A stretch of DNA of 63,752 nucleotides from Octopus bimaculoides (Eukaryota), in the NCBI RefSeq assembly GCF_001194135.2, contig NC_068997.1, positions 11,137,730 to 11,201,481 on the forward strand. The letters are read 5' to 3'. The translations under genes and the position numbers were made by a program. Positions 25,252 to 39,115 of this stretch are shown piece by piece. Numbering within the stretch: the stretch's first letter is position 1; every line of letters starts with the position of its first letter. Below the pieces are notes generated by a model that searched no databases, had not been told where the DNA came from, and saw only the letters and a list, made by a program, of their open reading frames with translations.

Positions 25252-26311
25252 TTATATGATTTACATATCCTTGAACGGAATTGATGAAAAAGTCAGTATT
25301 ACTGCTACGAATTCACAGAATATGCAAGCCCCTACTTGACATTGCGTATCTGCCTTTGTATTACGCTGTTGCAAATAATTTTTCCTAAACGCCCTTACAG
25401 AGAAAGCTTCTAATTCGTATTTATTGCATATACAAAGCAAAGCGGATGTTAGTTTACGGTTATCTTAAAACCGAAGTAAAGAATATAAATTCACACTTAA
25501 CATTGCTGCTATAGTTGCGTTGTAACATTCCCACTCATTGGAGATAAATGTGATAACATTATTTAATCGGCGGCATGTGGATTGACGAAAACTTTCCTGC
25601 TGTAACTAACAAGTCAAACAACTATGCCGGTGCTTTTTAATTTAAAACGAAAGAAAGTTTTACAATATTAAGTTTCTGTACAGTTATTTGAAAGTTGTAA
25701 GAGAGAAAGAGAAATTGTTCAGCTTCGAAATTCTTATATATAATTTCTTAAACAAGATGAAATTCCATCCGGAGTTTATATAACTAAATCGACTGCACTG
25801 GACGTGAATGACTCTTAATATCATTAATTCTTTAATGATACTATGACAATGTTTAGTACAATACTTAGTAGCGTTAATTAATATTCCATACATTAAGACA
25901 AATATATAATAAACATGGCATCATATTTGGTTCGCCTGTCTACAAAATTTACCAATAAACTTGACTTTTGGTAATGATTTCTTACTCTGATACAAGGCTA
26001 TAAATTTAAAGTAAAGTAACGTTCGAAAATATCGATCGCCAGGTACGATATTTTATTGAACTTAGAACATAAAAACCTACAACTATATACCGTGTGAATT
26101 ATTGTCAAATGCACTAAGAGTTCTTTCAAACCACCGTGCTCTATCTTGCTAATAGATATTATATATATTGCTACAAGGTTATAAGGTGTAGACGAAAGCA
26201 GCTGATTGTATCGTCTCCAGTACTGGACTTGTACTTCGGAAAATTATGATAGTGAAATCAACTTCACCCTTATTTAAACTCAAATTACATACACACACAC
26301 ATATGCATGTG

Positions 26312-26356
<45 letters not shown>

Positions 26357-26544
26357 ATTAAGGATTAACATTTTAGGAAGCAATTCACACGACACTATGT
26401 ACATTACGAATCCACTTACTGTTGCTGCTACTGCTGCTGTGGTCGCTGGTACTACTATTGTATCTACTACTAACCGTAATATTAATAACGGGTTCAAATT
26501 TTGACGCAATGCTTGCTGTTTTTGGGTAGGGTATTCTTCCATAA

Positions 26545-26710
26545 ATCGGTACTATCAGTTACCGGTACTTGAGTGGTGCCTTAACCAATCGACTCCAGAT
26601 TAATGATACACTTAGGTGAAGACGGCAGTATTTGAACTTAAATACATAAAGAGCCCGACAAAATAACGCGAGCCATTTTTCCAACAAGTTAACGATTTTG
26701 CGAACCCATA
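26545..26710 (-). mobile_element. Degenerate SINE (19316 family)
   Basis: Reverse complement GCAAAATCGTTAAC...TTTATGTATTTAAGTTCAAATACTGCCG matches the family 5' half. Confidence 0.5.
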
Positions 26711-27133
26711 TTTATTAGGCAATAACCGTGTATTTTAGATTGCTTCTGTATTCAAACTTGGTACATCCTTTCGTGCTAAAGAACTGAAGAAACCACCTTG
26801 TCAGAAATGCTAGAATTCTCTACTGCTTTCCTTTCGCTTGAATTATTCATCGTTTAAACCTCATTTGATTAATTCTAGTCAATCTTTTACTTTTTGTTCC
26901 TGCAGCCTGCTACAAACAGGTGATATCCTGACATTTCTTGTCTGAAATTGCTTTGTAAATATTCAACAAATAAGTCATAACAAATCTTTGCAGTATACTT
27001 TGAAAAATTCGTATGTACATAATGTTAAAATAAATATCGGACACGTCATATTATTGAAGACATGGATGACGTTTAGATTCAAAATGAAAATTATGATGAT
27101 AATGATGATGATACCGATCATAATAATTTTACT

Positions 27134-27610
27134 AGTCGAAGACTAGCAAAGTCCTGTGGAATTTCCCAATCCACACAGATTAGGTGCTAGAGCATAACAA
27201 ACCGGACTTAGTGGACAAGGTGCACTACATGTGCTATACAATTGAGGCTGCTTGCCACTTTGACCCACAAAGGAAGGCTAAAAGATAGATAGATACAACA
27301 TCCTTAATACGAAATAGCCAGGCTATGTAAAATTAAGAAGCTGAAGATAGTGCCAATTGTTGTTTAGGTTCTTGGGAAGGTATTGAATGGAATATAAAAG
27401 AAATTGGAATAGCGTGCCAGTAGAACTGTCACAAAAGACTTGCCTCCTTTGCATGGTGAGAATAACCAAGGAAGTATCAGATAGCTGAAAGTATCAGATA
27501 GCGTGGTACCGTAGTCTGCAGGTAAAGGGGCTCGGTATGCATGAAGACTCTAGGCGCTCCAAGAAAACCTGTGATAAATAGAAAATTAATAATAATAATA
27601 ATCATAATGA
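27134..27610 (+). mobile_element. 3' end of an R4/Dong-clade LINE (RLE domain, 3' UTR, (AAT)n tail)
   Basis: KVLWNFPIHTD*VLEHNKPDLV..D (PD..D RLE core), later KIVPIVV*VLG; ends in AATAATAATAATAATCATAAT. Confidence 0.8.
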
Positions 27611-28929
27611 CAAAAATATACAATACGAAGAGCACGATGCAATTGCAATAGATATCTTACTATTTTAAACAACACTTCGAATGCTTGCCTGTCTTTGTCG
27701 AGTTCAAAATGAGAAATGATACATAGAAATACAAAATTATAGAAATTCAAATTAAAAAATTTGAACGAGGGCAAACTGCGTTCTCAAGTTGGCAGAATGA
27801 CAACAGTACATTTCAATTTTCAAGTTTCTAATTGGCAAAAAGATAAAGAAAGAAAAGAGAGGAGGAAAAAAATGAGGAAAAAAAGGAAAAAGAAGAATAT
27901 TTGATAAAAAGTCTCTATCTGATCTGATATAAACGAAATTGTTACAAACACACATATGGACGCACATACTTACATATAAGCACGAACACATAAGTGCGTG
28001 CACACATATGAGCGTGCACACATACGAGCTTGCACACACTCACATGCTCATACCAAACAGTTTCGAAACAACGCCAAAACAACGCCAGATCATATATTCA
28101 AAATAAATGGAAGTGGAGAGACAAGTTACTGAAGAGATTGCAAGAGTGCAATGAAATAATTTAACAAAAAACTATATAAATTAATAAAGGACTGAACCAG
28201 TGCGTGTGTTTATTACCGGCATAATGCCTCTCCCAAGGTTTAATTGTATTTCTTTCAACACACGTATCCACATCAAGAATCTTGCACACGAAATACACAT
28301 ACGAAATATTTGATAAGTTTTGTGTTAATATGATGAAATTCCTTTATCATTTTGTTTTCCCTTTGAGGGTGTGATTTTAATAACTGAGAAACATATTTCT
28401 CGTCATGCATTTTGAAAGGGTAAAAGATTCAGAATATTATATGAGAATATACACTTTCAAGTCTTTTTTCAGAATTGCAGCCCTTTGATGTTAATTGCTC
28501 GGTAAGTTCCGTCGCATTATTGTTATTGTGCCTGAAATCATATCTATTCCCATTGAATCTTGTGTTTAATTGCTCTTTTATACAAATAATATAAATCAAG
28601 TTGTGATTGGTAAATACTGCTGCGTACAGCAAATGGGAATGTGAAAACACTGAAAGTATTTACTAAAGATATTTGAATGCAATTTGAGAAACATAAGTGA
28701 GCGGGAGCAATGTTGAAGAGAGTCCTGAATGTAAACTGTAATGATATAAAATTACTACAAGATATATCTGTAGATCGCTGTGAAATAATGGATACAAATA
28801 CTAAGAAGTGTAAAATTACGATGGCATGATAAAACGAAAAAGGAGAAAGTTACTAAAGTGTAAAAGAGGAGAATTAGAAGACAATGCATTTTAGCAATAA
28901 ATACATGCTTTATGCTAGTATTGAGGTAC

Positions 28930-29914
28930 ACTGCTCCCTTTGAGAAATGGACAAAGTATCTGGACATAAGTAACAGAAAGCGGTTCATAATGCGCAGCGC
29001 ATTCCTTCCTAAAAGTAATTCCGACTTTCTGTAACAACCAAGAGACGAAGGTGGCAGAGGAAGGACACTCTTAATTCTGCAATATTGTATCTGAAAACGC
29101 ATGCTGTTCAGGATAAAGAATGAATACAAACGCAGTCAGAGATACCCACCAAAACTGGCTGCAAGAGAATTAAAATAGAAAATTGAGAACAACAGCATAG
29201 ATAAATGGAAAGAAATAGAATTTACATGTCCAATTCATGCAAGAAACGGAAAATGTTGCAAATCAACAATAATAAATCTGGTTGACGGACAGGAAGTTAA
29301 AAAGTATGCCCGAAGCGTTAATTACAGCTCCTGAGGCATAATACATTCGAACAAGTCCGATACAATCAAAGAGTGACAAAACTTACTCAGACAGAAACAG
29401 TAGGATCTGCAGCAAAGGAGACGGTGAGTGCAGTATACTAGCAAACGAGGAGTAGAAGCATAAGAATGATTGTGTAGGCTACAAATTATATTGGGATGTT
29501 ACCCGAATGTATACAAAATAACAGAAATGTGGAATGAACACGCACGAGAGGCTGTGATGGAAAATGACAAATATAGCATCTTGTGGGACCTACCCATAAA
29601 GCCTGTATATACGATTGAGGTAAGAAGACCAGATATGATTACCTATGGTAAAAGAGACAATGCTAAACACATTGCAAAAACACAGAAATATCAGGAACTA
29701 ACCAGAGAGCTGAGGACAACAATTATATCTGTGGTCATTGGTGCACTTGGAACAGCAACCAAAATGCTACCTTAAGGATCGAAAGAGGTTGAAACCGAAA
29801 CTGGCTTGGTCGAATTGCTGAAAGTACCATTCTATTGTCTGCAAGAAGCCTAACGGAGATTCTTGTGCGTTTAGGAGAATCGCTATCATCAATCCTGAAG
29901 AAGAAGAAGAAGAA
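28930..29914 (+). mobile_element. 3' ~1 kb of a second R4/Dong-clade LINE
   Basis: FLPKSNSDFL*QPRDEGGRG (cf. HPKSxxxRLYxPRxEGGRG), ENDKYSILWDLPIK...IEVRRPDMI, KYQELTREL..ISVVIGALG; ends in (GAA)n. Confidence 0.85.
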
Positions 29915-30189
29915 TTCTGTCGTAGTGAGCAAGAGTTATGTTGGCGTCAGTGCAGCAACGATAAACATATAAGAAATAAATTAGTGATGACTACTCTGTG
30001 GACATAAAGCTCATAAGGCAACAGGCTCTATAAAAAAATTCTCCTCCGCTGTTAGGAAGACAAATATTTCAAATAATGGAATAACTCATCACGACGACGG
30101 AAATGGAGAGGAAAGACTATAGTCCTTATCATTATCTTATATATTTTTATAGATATTGCATACATGCGTACCTACACACATTCATACCC

Positions 30190-30236
30190 ACTCACACACA
30201 CACGCACACACACACACACACACTCACAGAGAGAGA

Positions 30237-30271
<35 letters not shown>
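30190..30271. repeat. (CA)n(GA)n microsatellite
   Basis: Seen directly. Confidence 0.95.
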
Positions 30272-30273
<2 letters not shown>

Positions 30274-31196
30274 ACACACATGGATATACAAATATACATA
30301 TATATTGGGAAAGAGATGTACTTATGACTAAGTAACTTGCAGTTGTTTAATTATATATACAAAGAAAAGAACCAAATGATTGCTGTCCTATTATATTACT
30401 CGATGCCTTTTCCTATTGGTTGTACAGAGAATATTAACGACTGAATCTCAAGCAACAAGTGTCAATCATACATTGCAATTAAGGAGAAGTAATAAAATGT
30501 AAACAGAGAGCTTGTTAATGAAGTAGAGTACATGGCACACAGTTCTTAAGTTTAAATCCAAAAATATCTCAAGGTAATGAGTCACTACTTTATTTCCATT
30601 TCTATGGTAATGAAATCTACGAGAAACTAAATATATTAGCTACAGATGATTGCAATAGAGGAACGTATCCTTCTCAACTTTTATGGTGTTATTCATGTGG
30701 CTATGAAATATGAAATTTCGTGGCTTTAACGATTTGAAATTGTAGAAAATGAATTCAGTTTTTACTTTCGTTATGGTAGCACACGATTATAAGAAGGTAT
30801 GCAAATTTTGTTGAAGGATATGATTCTTGAGATGGTTTAACGTCTAGATAGTTAATATGGAGGGTTGAATTTCAAGAGACAACATCACAGAAAGATAGAT
30901 ACCACTTACTTCTTCTAATTTGTAAGATTTTGTATATAACTTTTTCACTTTACGTGAAAGAGCATATTACCTTAACTATGGAACAAAATCGATACTCTAC
31001 TGTTGTATGCTGAACACATTTTAGCTTAATACTGATATTTGATATAAGTATAATATATAAGTATAATATTATATACGTATAATATTTATATATTTGTATA
31101 TCTATAAATATATCTACACATCTGTTTGTATCGCTTTTGATATATCTGTATCAATGTTGTTATATCTGTAGCATTACCTCTCATAGATAACCACAA

Positions 31197-31213
31197 AACT
31201 ACCTACCTACCTA

Positions 31214-31258
<45 letters not shown>

Positions 31259-31278
31259 GTATCTATCTATCTATCTAT
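31197..31278. repeat. (CTAC)n(CTGT)n(CTAT)n tetranucleotide array
   Basis: Seen directly. Confidence 0.95.
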
Positions 31279-32448
31279 TAACTTTTATTTCTCTCGATGT
31301 TGATATCTATCTACTCTAACGCAGTGAAGATAAACAATTAAATCTAAATAAACTTTTTAACGAAACTAAAGATGGGATAATGCCATTGCTCCAACAGGGG
31401 CAGAATAATTTTGCTGGAACACGTACAAAAGTAAAAAAATAACTTTTACAGTTACATGCAAATTACGTTTTTGCATTTAATTTCACTATCTATCTATATA
31501 TGTATCATCCATATTTCTATCTTCTAGGTACTTATGTATCTACTTGTTGATAGATAAATACATTGGCGGATAGAAGATATAGAATCGTTTGAATGTCAAG
31601 ATCACTTACTACAAACAGACTTGCATATTGTCTGTCACATTAGTCTATTATATGACGTTTAAAATCAAGTACCTTCTTTCCCAATATGAAAACAATGCGT
31701 CATACTCTCCCTATTTCTCTCTTTCTCACTACATGCGTCTTTGCCTCTCTGTGCAAGTATAGAATGAATGACCTCTTACGTTAAATACATTATTTTTCAT
31801 ATCTTTCTTTCTCTCTACCTCTCCCGGCAAATACATATCTAACCATGCAATAGTAATCCCATTTGTCTCGTTCTCATCACTAATTCACGAAATCTCTGCT
31901 CTCTATCTCTCACTTTTTCTCTCTCCCTCTCCCTCTCTCTCGCGACCGAGCGCTTTCTATCTCTTTCCGGCTCTCTCTTCAACTAACCGCGTGAGAGCCA
32001 CTTTTACATCATTCGTGTCCAAGAGAAAGGTTAAAGAGATACCATCGAAGACAAGCTTACTTTATAACCAAACACATTACATCACTAAAAGTTTCTTCTG
32101 GTGAATATCATTATACTTACCAAACTATAAAAAAATTGTAATAATTTGCTTTTTAGGTTATAATATTAAGTTTTGAGATCCTTTTTACTGGGTCATCATT
32201 CCGACGGCTATTAGTGTGTAATGAGCAGTAAATTCTAGGGATTTTAACCCATCGCTTAAAATACGTACAATCACAGTTAGAAATCAAGGTTTACTAATAA
32301 ATATTCAATCACACAAACTCAGATATATCTATACTTAGGTATGTATTTAATTCTTTCTGTGCCTCTCTTAGTCTCTCTTTCCTCTTTCCCTTTGTGTGTG
32401 CACATACAGACACACAAATATGCTTGCGTGTTTGTGTGTGTGTACTTA

Positions 32449-32486
<38 letters not shown>

Positions 32487-33075
32487 NNNNNNNNNNNNNN
32501 NNNNNNNNNNNNNNNNNNNNNNNNNNNNNNNNNNNNNNNNNNNNNNNNNNNNNNNNNNNNNNNNNNNNNNNNNNNNNNNNNNNNNNNNNNNNNNNNNNNN
32601 NNNNNNNNNNNNNNNNNNNNNNNNNNNNNNNNNNNNNNNNNNNNNNNNNNNNNNNNNNNNNNNNNNNNNNNNNNNNNNNNNNNNNNNNNNNNNNNNNNNN
32701 NNNNNNNNNNNNNNNNNNNNNNNNNNNNNNNNNNNNNNNNNNNNNNNNNNNNNNNNNNNNNNNNNNNNNNNNNNNNNNNNNNNNNNNNNNNNNNNNNNNN
32801 NNNNNNNNNNNNNNNNNNNNNNNNNNNNNNNNNNNNNNNNNNNNNNNNNNNNNNNNNNNNNNNNNNNNNNNNNNNNNNNNNNNNNNNNNNNNNNNNNNNN
32901 NNNNNNNNNNNNNNNNNNNNNNNNNNNNNNNNNNNNNNNNNNAAATAGACATATTATTAAGAGGAGGACTTAGTACAGGGGGAGATAATTGTTCATTCAT
33001 TATTTTACAGTAAAGGGGAGGTGAATCTGTAAGTTTAATTTTTGGCCTGTATTTTATTCTGGCTTATATATGTGT

Positions 33076-33117
<42 letters not shown>

Positions 33118-33124
33118 ATGTATA

Positions 33125-33650
33125 TGGTATATCCTGATAAGAACGTAGTAGAGCACGGTATAAAGCTGTGTTATCCAGTAGTAGTATTATACGCATTTCC
33201 AGGTTTGAAGTTAGGCATCCGCCGTGTGTAAATAGATAACTGAATAACTTTTGAGTCAACAAGAATGGATATGATTAGATATTTATTTTCTATCACTACA
33301 ATTCTTTCCAGGCAACGTTGTTCTCAAGGCCTGCAGGTACTTCATTGTGCAACCGTTTCCTTCTATTATGAGACCTAGTTGTGTTTCCTCAGGCGATATG
33401 TAAACATTGCTTCCGTAAATTCAAATTCTGAGCCTCAAGAATATCCTCTCTATCTGTCGCAACCGGAAGTTAATAGTAGTCACTGAGTTTGTTGAGGCGT
33501 GTTGCTGCCGAAGGACTGTTGGCAAGCTGTTTTGGATATGTAGATGTAGAGGGATTGTGATTCTGCTACTGTTAAAGTGGTTTCCGTTTTAAACGGATTG
33601 GCATTTGATTTCTTTGTACTGTTGATATGTAATTCATGGTTGGTGTCACA
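33125..33650 (-). mobile_element. Tc1-like transposase relic (HTH to pre-DDE region)
   Basis: Minus strand SVTTINFRLR (cf. SxxTIxRRL) and IYTRRMPNFKPGNAYN; nucleotide similarity to 34640-34860 and 41100-41355. Confidence 0.55.
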
Positions 33651-34174
33651 TGCGATTGTCCTTTAAAAATCAGCCTATTGCATACATATACGTAAAAAAC
33701 GTTCGGACACATAAACTTGCACGCGTGCATGCACACACACATACATACGCATNNNNNNNNNNNNNNNNNNNNNNNNNNNNNNNNNNNNNNNNNNNNNNNN
33801 NNNNNNNNNNNNNNNNNNNNNNNNNNNNNNNNNNNNNNNNNNNNNNNNNNNNNNNNNNNNNNNNNNNNNNNNNNNNNNNNNNNNNNNNNNNNNNNNNNNN
33901 NNNNNNNNNNNNNNNNNNNNNNNNNNNNNNNNNNNNNNNNNNNNNNNNAGAGAGAGAGAGAGAGAGAGAGATAGATAGATAGATAGATATGTACATATAT
34001 ACACACATGCTCTAATATACTGATATGTACTTCTTGGGAGACATGTTTCTGTCCTTTCTCTAGTGTTTTAAGTCATCCACATCCTTTGTTGTTTATATTA
34101 GTTAAGTTATTGTTGTTGTGTGTATTTTTATTTGATAAGTATTTCATTTCTAATTGAATTATTATACAGTGTAG

Positions 34175-34600
34175 TGTTTACAATATAAAGGTTACCGCTT
34201 TTGTCCGCAGGCACTAGCATTCCGTTTGCATTTTAAAAAGTTTCCAGTATTTGTTTTCTGTTCCTGTTGGTGTTCGCTGTTACATCTTGGATCTTTCTTG
34301 AATTTCATGCTGTTTGTTATTTGTATAGTTCTTCTTCGAATACAGGGGTTGGTTTTTTAGTGCGTTTCTCAGGGATTTGAATTCTTTCTTGGTGCGTTTA
34401 CTTCCTTCTGGCACTCATATATTCTATTTTTTATTATCGTAGCAGAATGCTTTCTTTTTCAATCTTCCCATGAATTAGCTTGAGTTGTCTGATAGCTGCT
34501 TTAAGTATTCGCTCTTCGTTGGTATGGGGATGTCTTTTAGTAAGAAGTCAATGTTTACTTTCAGCATACTTTCACTCTCTGTAGTACACTGATTTAAAAT
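34175..34600 (-). mobile_element. Penelope-like element, pre-RT fragment
   Basis: Minus strand ends NGMLVPADKSGNLYIV (cf. PLE LVxADKTxNLY), preceded by EYLKQL, PTPVFEE and ITNSMKF segments. Confidence 0.65.
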
Positions 34601-34639
34601 GCGACTTTAGCCCGTTTCCTGGTTTCCGTCAATAGTAGT

Positions 34640-34860
34640 TATGGTATATTCTGTTAAGAACGTAGTAGCGTACAATACAAAGCTCGTCGTCCACCTTCAG
34701 ATTTCACCCTGTGTTATCCAATATTAGTAGTATTATACGAACTTACAGGTTTGCGTTTAGGCGTTTGTCGTGTGTGAATAGATAAATGAAAACATTTGGA
34801 GTCAACAAGGAGTACGCTTGGACATTTATTTTCTATCACTACAATTGTTTCCACGCAACG
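34640..34860 (-). mobile_element. Second copy of the Tc1 segment at 33125-33340
   Basis: Shares CTGTGTTATCCA..AGTAGTATTATACG, GAGTCAACAAG and TTTATTTTCTATCACTACAATT..TTCCA.GCAACG with the 33 kb copy. Confidence 0.6.
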
Positions 34861-36425
34861 TATATGTATATGTGTATATATGTATGTGTGTTTCTCTGTT
34901 TGTGTATCTGTACAGACGTAGAGAAAGGAAGAGAGAGGGTAAGAGAGAGAGAAATGTAAATTAAGCAGGGAGCATTTTTTTATCTAGCAAGTTCACATTT
35001 TCAATACAAAAAGTGGTAAATGTAGTTAAATGTATTTTTCTCACCATCGTCAACAACATTTACTCAATCTTCTTTCTAAAGAATTATAAATTTTTATTTT
35101 ACCTATAACATCAAATATAAATTTCATCGTCTACCTCTAATTTTCGTTTTATTGCAACTACTGACAAATACAATAAATTCAATGAATTCACGTTCGTGTT
35201 TACAGAGTCGAATTTTCACACAAGTATGTGAAGTAAAAATCTGCAACAATACTTCGATAATTTATAAATGTATCTTTCTAGTACTCTGTTTACGTCTACA
35301 AATGTTCAGCTAATTAACTAATTTATTTATTCATATTGCCGACGCTTACAGTGTAGTTCAAATATAGGTATAACATTTCTAATGTGATATCATCTGATAT
35401 TGCGTATACCCAATTAGGTATAATGTCCAATTCTATTTATATTTAGTAAATGGACATCTGATTGGATGAAGTCATACAGAAGAGTGAAAATACGCAACTC
35501 AGTGTCGGTTACTTGGTCACAAAGAAAATAATGTTGCTTTAATATAGTATCTAATTATAGTAGATGGAAGAATGAGAGGTGTTTATAAAATATCACCAAT
35601 AAGAATGCTTTATGTCTATCTGTATTCATCAAACACGTCATTGTAGTACTTTTCTTCATTAAGGAATTAACTGATGTTGGCAATGATCTCAATATTATGG
35701 AAACATGTGAAACTTATTCGGTGCACGTATAAAGAGTAACGCGCTCTGATGATGAATTTGACCATTTTCGTTTCGGCAAATGTGAGACATCATGCTTGCT
35801 GTCAGACTAATATTTTCACTACAAGTCTAGAAATGTCTGTTTAGGAAACTATTTAAATATATCGCTTGTGTAGCTATGTTGTGAATATTTTTAAATCGAT
35901 ACTTAGCGTACACACACTTAACTTTAGTGCGCGTTTAGACAATGTACTAAAAACAAAGGGACAGCTATATGCATGTATGTTCTTATTTGCCTTTTGAAAA
36001 TCAAAGAAGAAATGTATAGGGAGAAAGGGTGTTATTGAGGTTTTTGGTGTCATTTAGCTTCTGAATCCCTTATTGTGGTTTCACTACCATTACATAAAAT
36101 TTCAATGAATGTATCCGTACTCTAAAATTTTCCTGTGTCCCTCCCTATCAATCTGATTTCGATTCATGGCGCCCAATGTCACTAATTAATGTGTGCATAT
36201 ATATATATATATATATATANNNNNNNNNNNNNNNNNNNNNNNNNNNNNNNNNNNNNNNNNNNNNNNNNNNNNNNNNNNNNNNNNNNNNNNNNNNNNNNNN
36301 NNNNNNNNNNNNNNNNNNNNNNNNNNNNNNNNNNNNNNNNNNNNNNNNNNNNNNNNNNNNNNNNNNNNNNNNNNNNNNNNNNNNNNNNNNNNNNNNNNNN
36401 NNNNNNNNNNNNNNNATATATATAC

Positions 36426-36460
<35 letters not shown>

Positions 36461-36904
36461 TGCGTGCGTGTACACCCTCCCTCAAAAGCGCACCCTCCAA
36501 CAAAGTGTATTTCCCTATAGCGAATAATAATAATCACTAGTTACCAACCCTTAGATTTTTTCGTACACGCTGGCTCATTTAAGAACAAATTCTCATATAA
36601 GCAACATGGACTAAAAACCCACTCGTTAAGAAAATGTGAAATGGCAATATTATAAAAATCTGCATGTCATTATAAACGAAAGCCGACACAGCTAGACTAT
36701 AATAATAAAATAAGCAGAAACTATATATAAGAAAGAAAATGGAACATTAATGAAAACATCAAAATTGAACACTCTGGTTTTTCTGCCTTGAAAAGTAATG
36801 CATTTCTGCCTAGACACATACTCACACAAATACCCACAAACACAAAGTCATACATAATTTATGAAGACAGGTAAAAACTGACATGTATTAGCGAACCATG
36901 ACTA

Positions 36905-37090
36905 TTGGCTTCAAAGTTTGGTATAAGGGCAGCAAGTTTGACGAGAGGATAACTCGATTACATCGACCCCAGTATTCAAGTGGGACATTTTTTATTGACC
37001 CTAAGAGGATGAATTCAAAGTTCAAATTAGGACATAAACTCCGACAAAATATCGCTGTGCTAATGATTCTGTCAGCTCGCCACCTTACGA
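36905..37090 (-). mobile_element. SINE (19316 family), degenerate
   Basis: TCGATTACATCGACCCCAGTA...TTTTATTGACCC..AGGATGAA...ATTCTGTCAGCTCGCC. Confidence 0.7.
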
Positions 37091-38967
37091 ACGATGACTA
37101 TTAATTTGAGTGTTAACACGAAATATTGGCATCCATAGTTTTGTAGTTGAAGTAGTATTGCATTCATGTTTCTTTTGAAAAAGATAAAAACAGTCTCTAC
37201 AGTGCCAAACTTTTAGGAAAACCATTGCAAATTTATCTTCACTCGAACTAAATAATATCGAAAAATATTTTAAATAAATATTGAATACCCGCTCGTTTTC
37301 ATTATGATATAACTAATCAGAAATGGATGAAAACGATTGGAAAATTATCTCAAATAGAATGATATTAAACCTTCTAATTTCATTCACTTCAGACATTCAC
37401 CTTATTTATAAATCATATTTGCTTTCTTCATTGAAAAACATACTTTTCATAATTGCTTTCAGTTTGATAAACTGCGAGTCTATTAAATCTCATTTCTAAA
37501 AGATTAAGCTATTCATTTTAAAATAAATAATGCAATTGTATTACGAAGGAATTAATCTAGATAGCTGAGTCTTGGATAGCAATGAAGCCAAAGATTTGCT
37601 ACCAAGAAATATGGCTTATTGAAATTTAAGCCTGTCTCATCTTCTCTTTGCTGTTCATCAATATAACAAAGCACATTAGAACGAAAACCACATTGACGCA
37701 CTTGGAATTTCACACGCATCGAGAAGAGTGCGACATTTATTGCTGCAGATATTTCATATGAGTTGTTAATCGCTCTACTTCATTATTCAGGTGTATAATG
37801 ATAAATTGTATTTTACATAATAGTTTAGCTAAACAAATGTACTTCTATTAAGTAAATCTCCGAAAGTCTCTGCAGAAGCGAGATTCAATAATCATAAAAA
37901 AGTTTCAAGATGAACACAATTACAATAAACTGAACACTAAAATGCCTCTAAATTATTCAGAATATCATAAAGGAAAACATATTTGGGATAGTGGTTTAGA
38001 CTCTGCGAAATTATATATTTCCTTGAAGCTTTGGTGCTACAGTTGCTAGGCAACATAAAACTAGAAATGAAAGTAGAATATTTGTAATCTCTGAGGCATA
38101 ATAAAATTGAATAGAACAGAATTTACAATTATTGGCACAAACATAGGTAAGACTTTTTAATCGGAGAAATAAAGCGGAAGAACAACAAAAGTGCAACAAA
38201 GAAATATTCAGGTCCGAAAGAAAAAAAAAATATTTAAATTCGACAAGAATAAGGGAGAAATATTAATAGATATATAATTTTTGTGTTTTACTATGAGCAA
38301 ATTGTTCGATAAAACCGCTCTCGAGAGATCCCAATACGTGTGTCACTTGAATGAATTCAATGTTAAACGAATTCAATGCAAGTTTAACTACAAAACAACT
38401 GGAGGGGATCCATAAAATTTTATCATGTTTTAAGTTTCTGAAAATAGAATGGTAACCAATTATGTTTATGGAAAAATAAAATTGTTTTCATTGTTGTTTC
38501 AATAATTCGTTTTGCGTTGTGAAAATGTTTCGAAATGACATATGTTAAACAGTTTCTAAACTTTCTGCTGCCTGGCAAGCAAACACTTGACTGCAACTTG
38601 CTGTTAACCACCTTGTGAGGCTTAATTGAAACATACTGTTATGAGGGACATTCCCGGTTGACAGTCTTATATAGTGTTTTAAACGAAGATGACATTTTCT
38701 AATTGAAAACGACCAGATTTAATATCTTAGATATTTCAATGCTATTTCCTGAATTTCAAGCAATCACAGTTCGGCTCCACATTACGAGAATAATTATAGG
38801 TACACAAATAACACGAGAATAAGGGAACATCAATTTCGCTGACATTTAGGCACACAGGAAATACATATTCCGATAGTTACATTGTCATAAATCTGTAAAT
38901 CGTAAGCCACATATTCAAATGTTCAAAATGTTCCCTGCGAATCTGAGAAAATGCGTACCTAGCACAA

Positions 38968-39012
38968 ATCTATCTGTCTGTCTGTCTGCCTGTCTGTCTG
39001 TCTGCCTGTCTT

Positions 39013-39050
<38 letters not shown>

Positions 39051-39056
39051 AGTCAG

Positions 39057-39115
<59 letters not shown>
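38968..39115. repeat. (TCTG)n(TCTA)n tetranucleotide array
   Basis: Seen directly. Confidence 0.95.
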
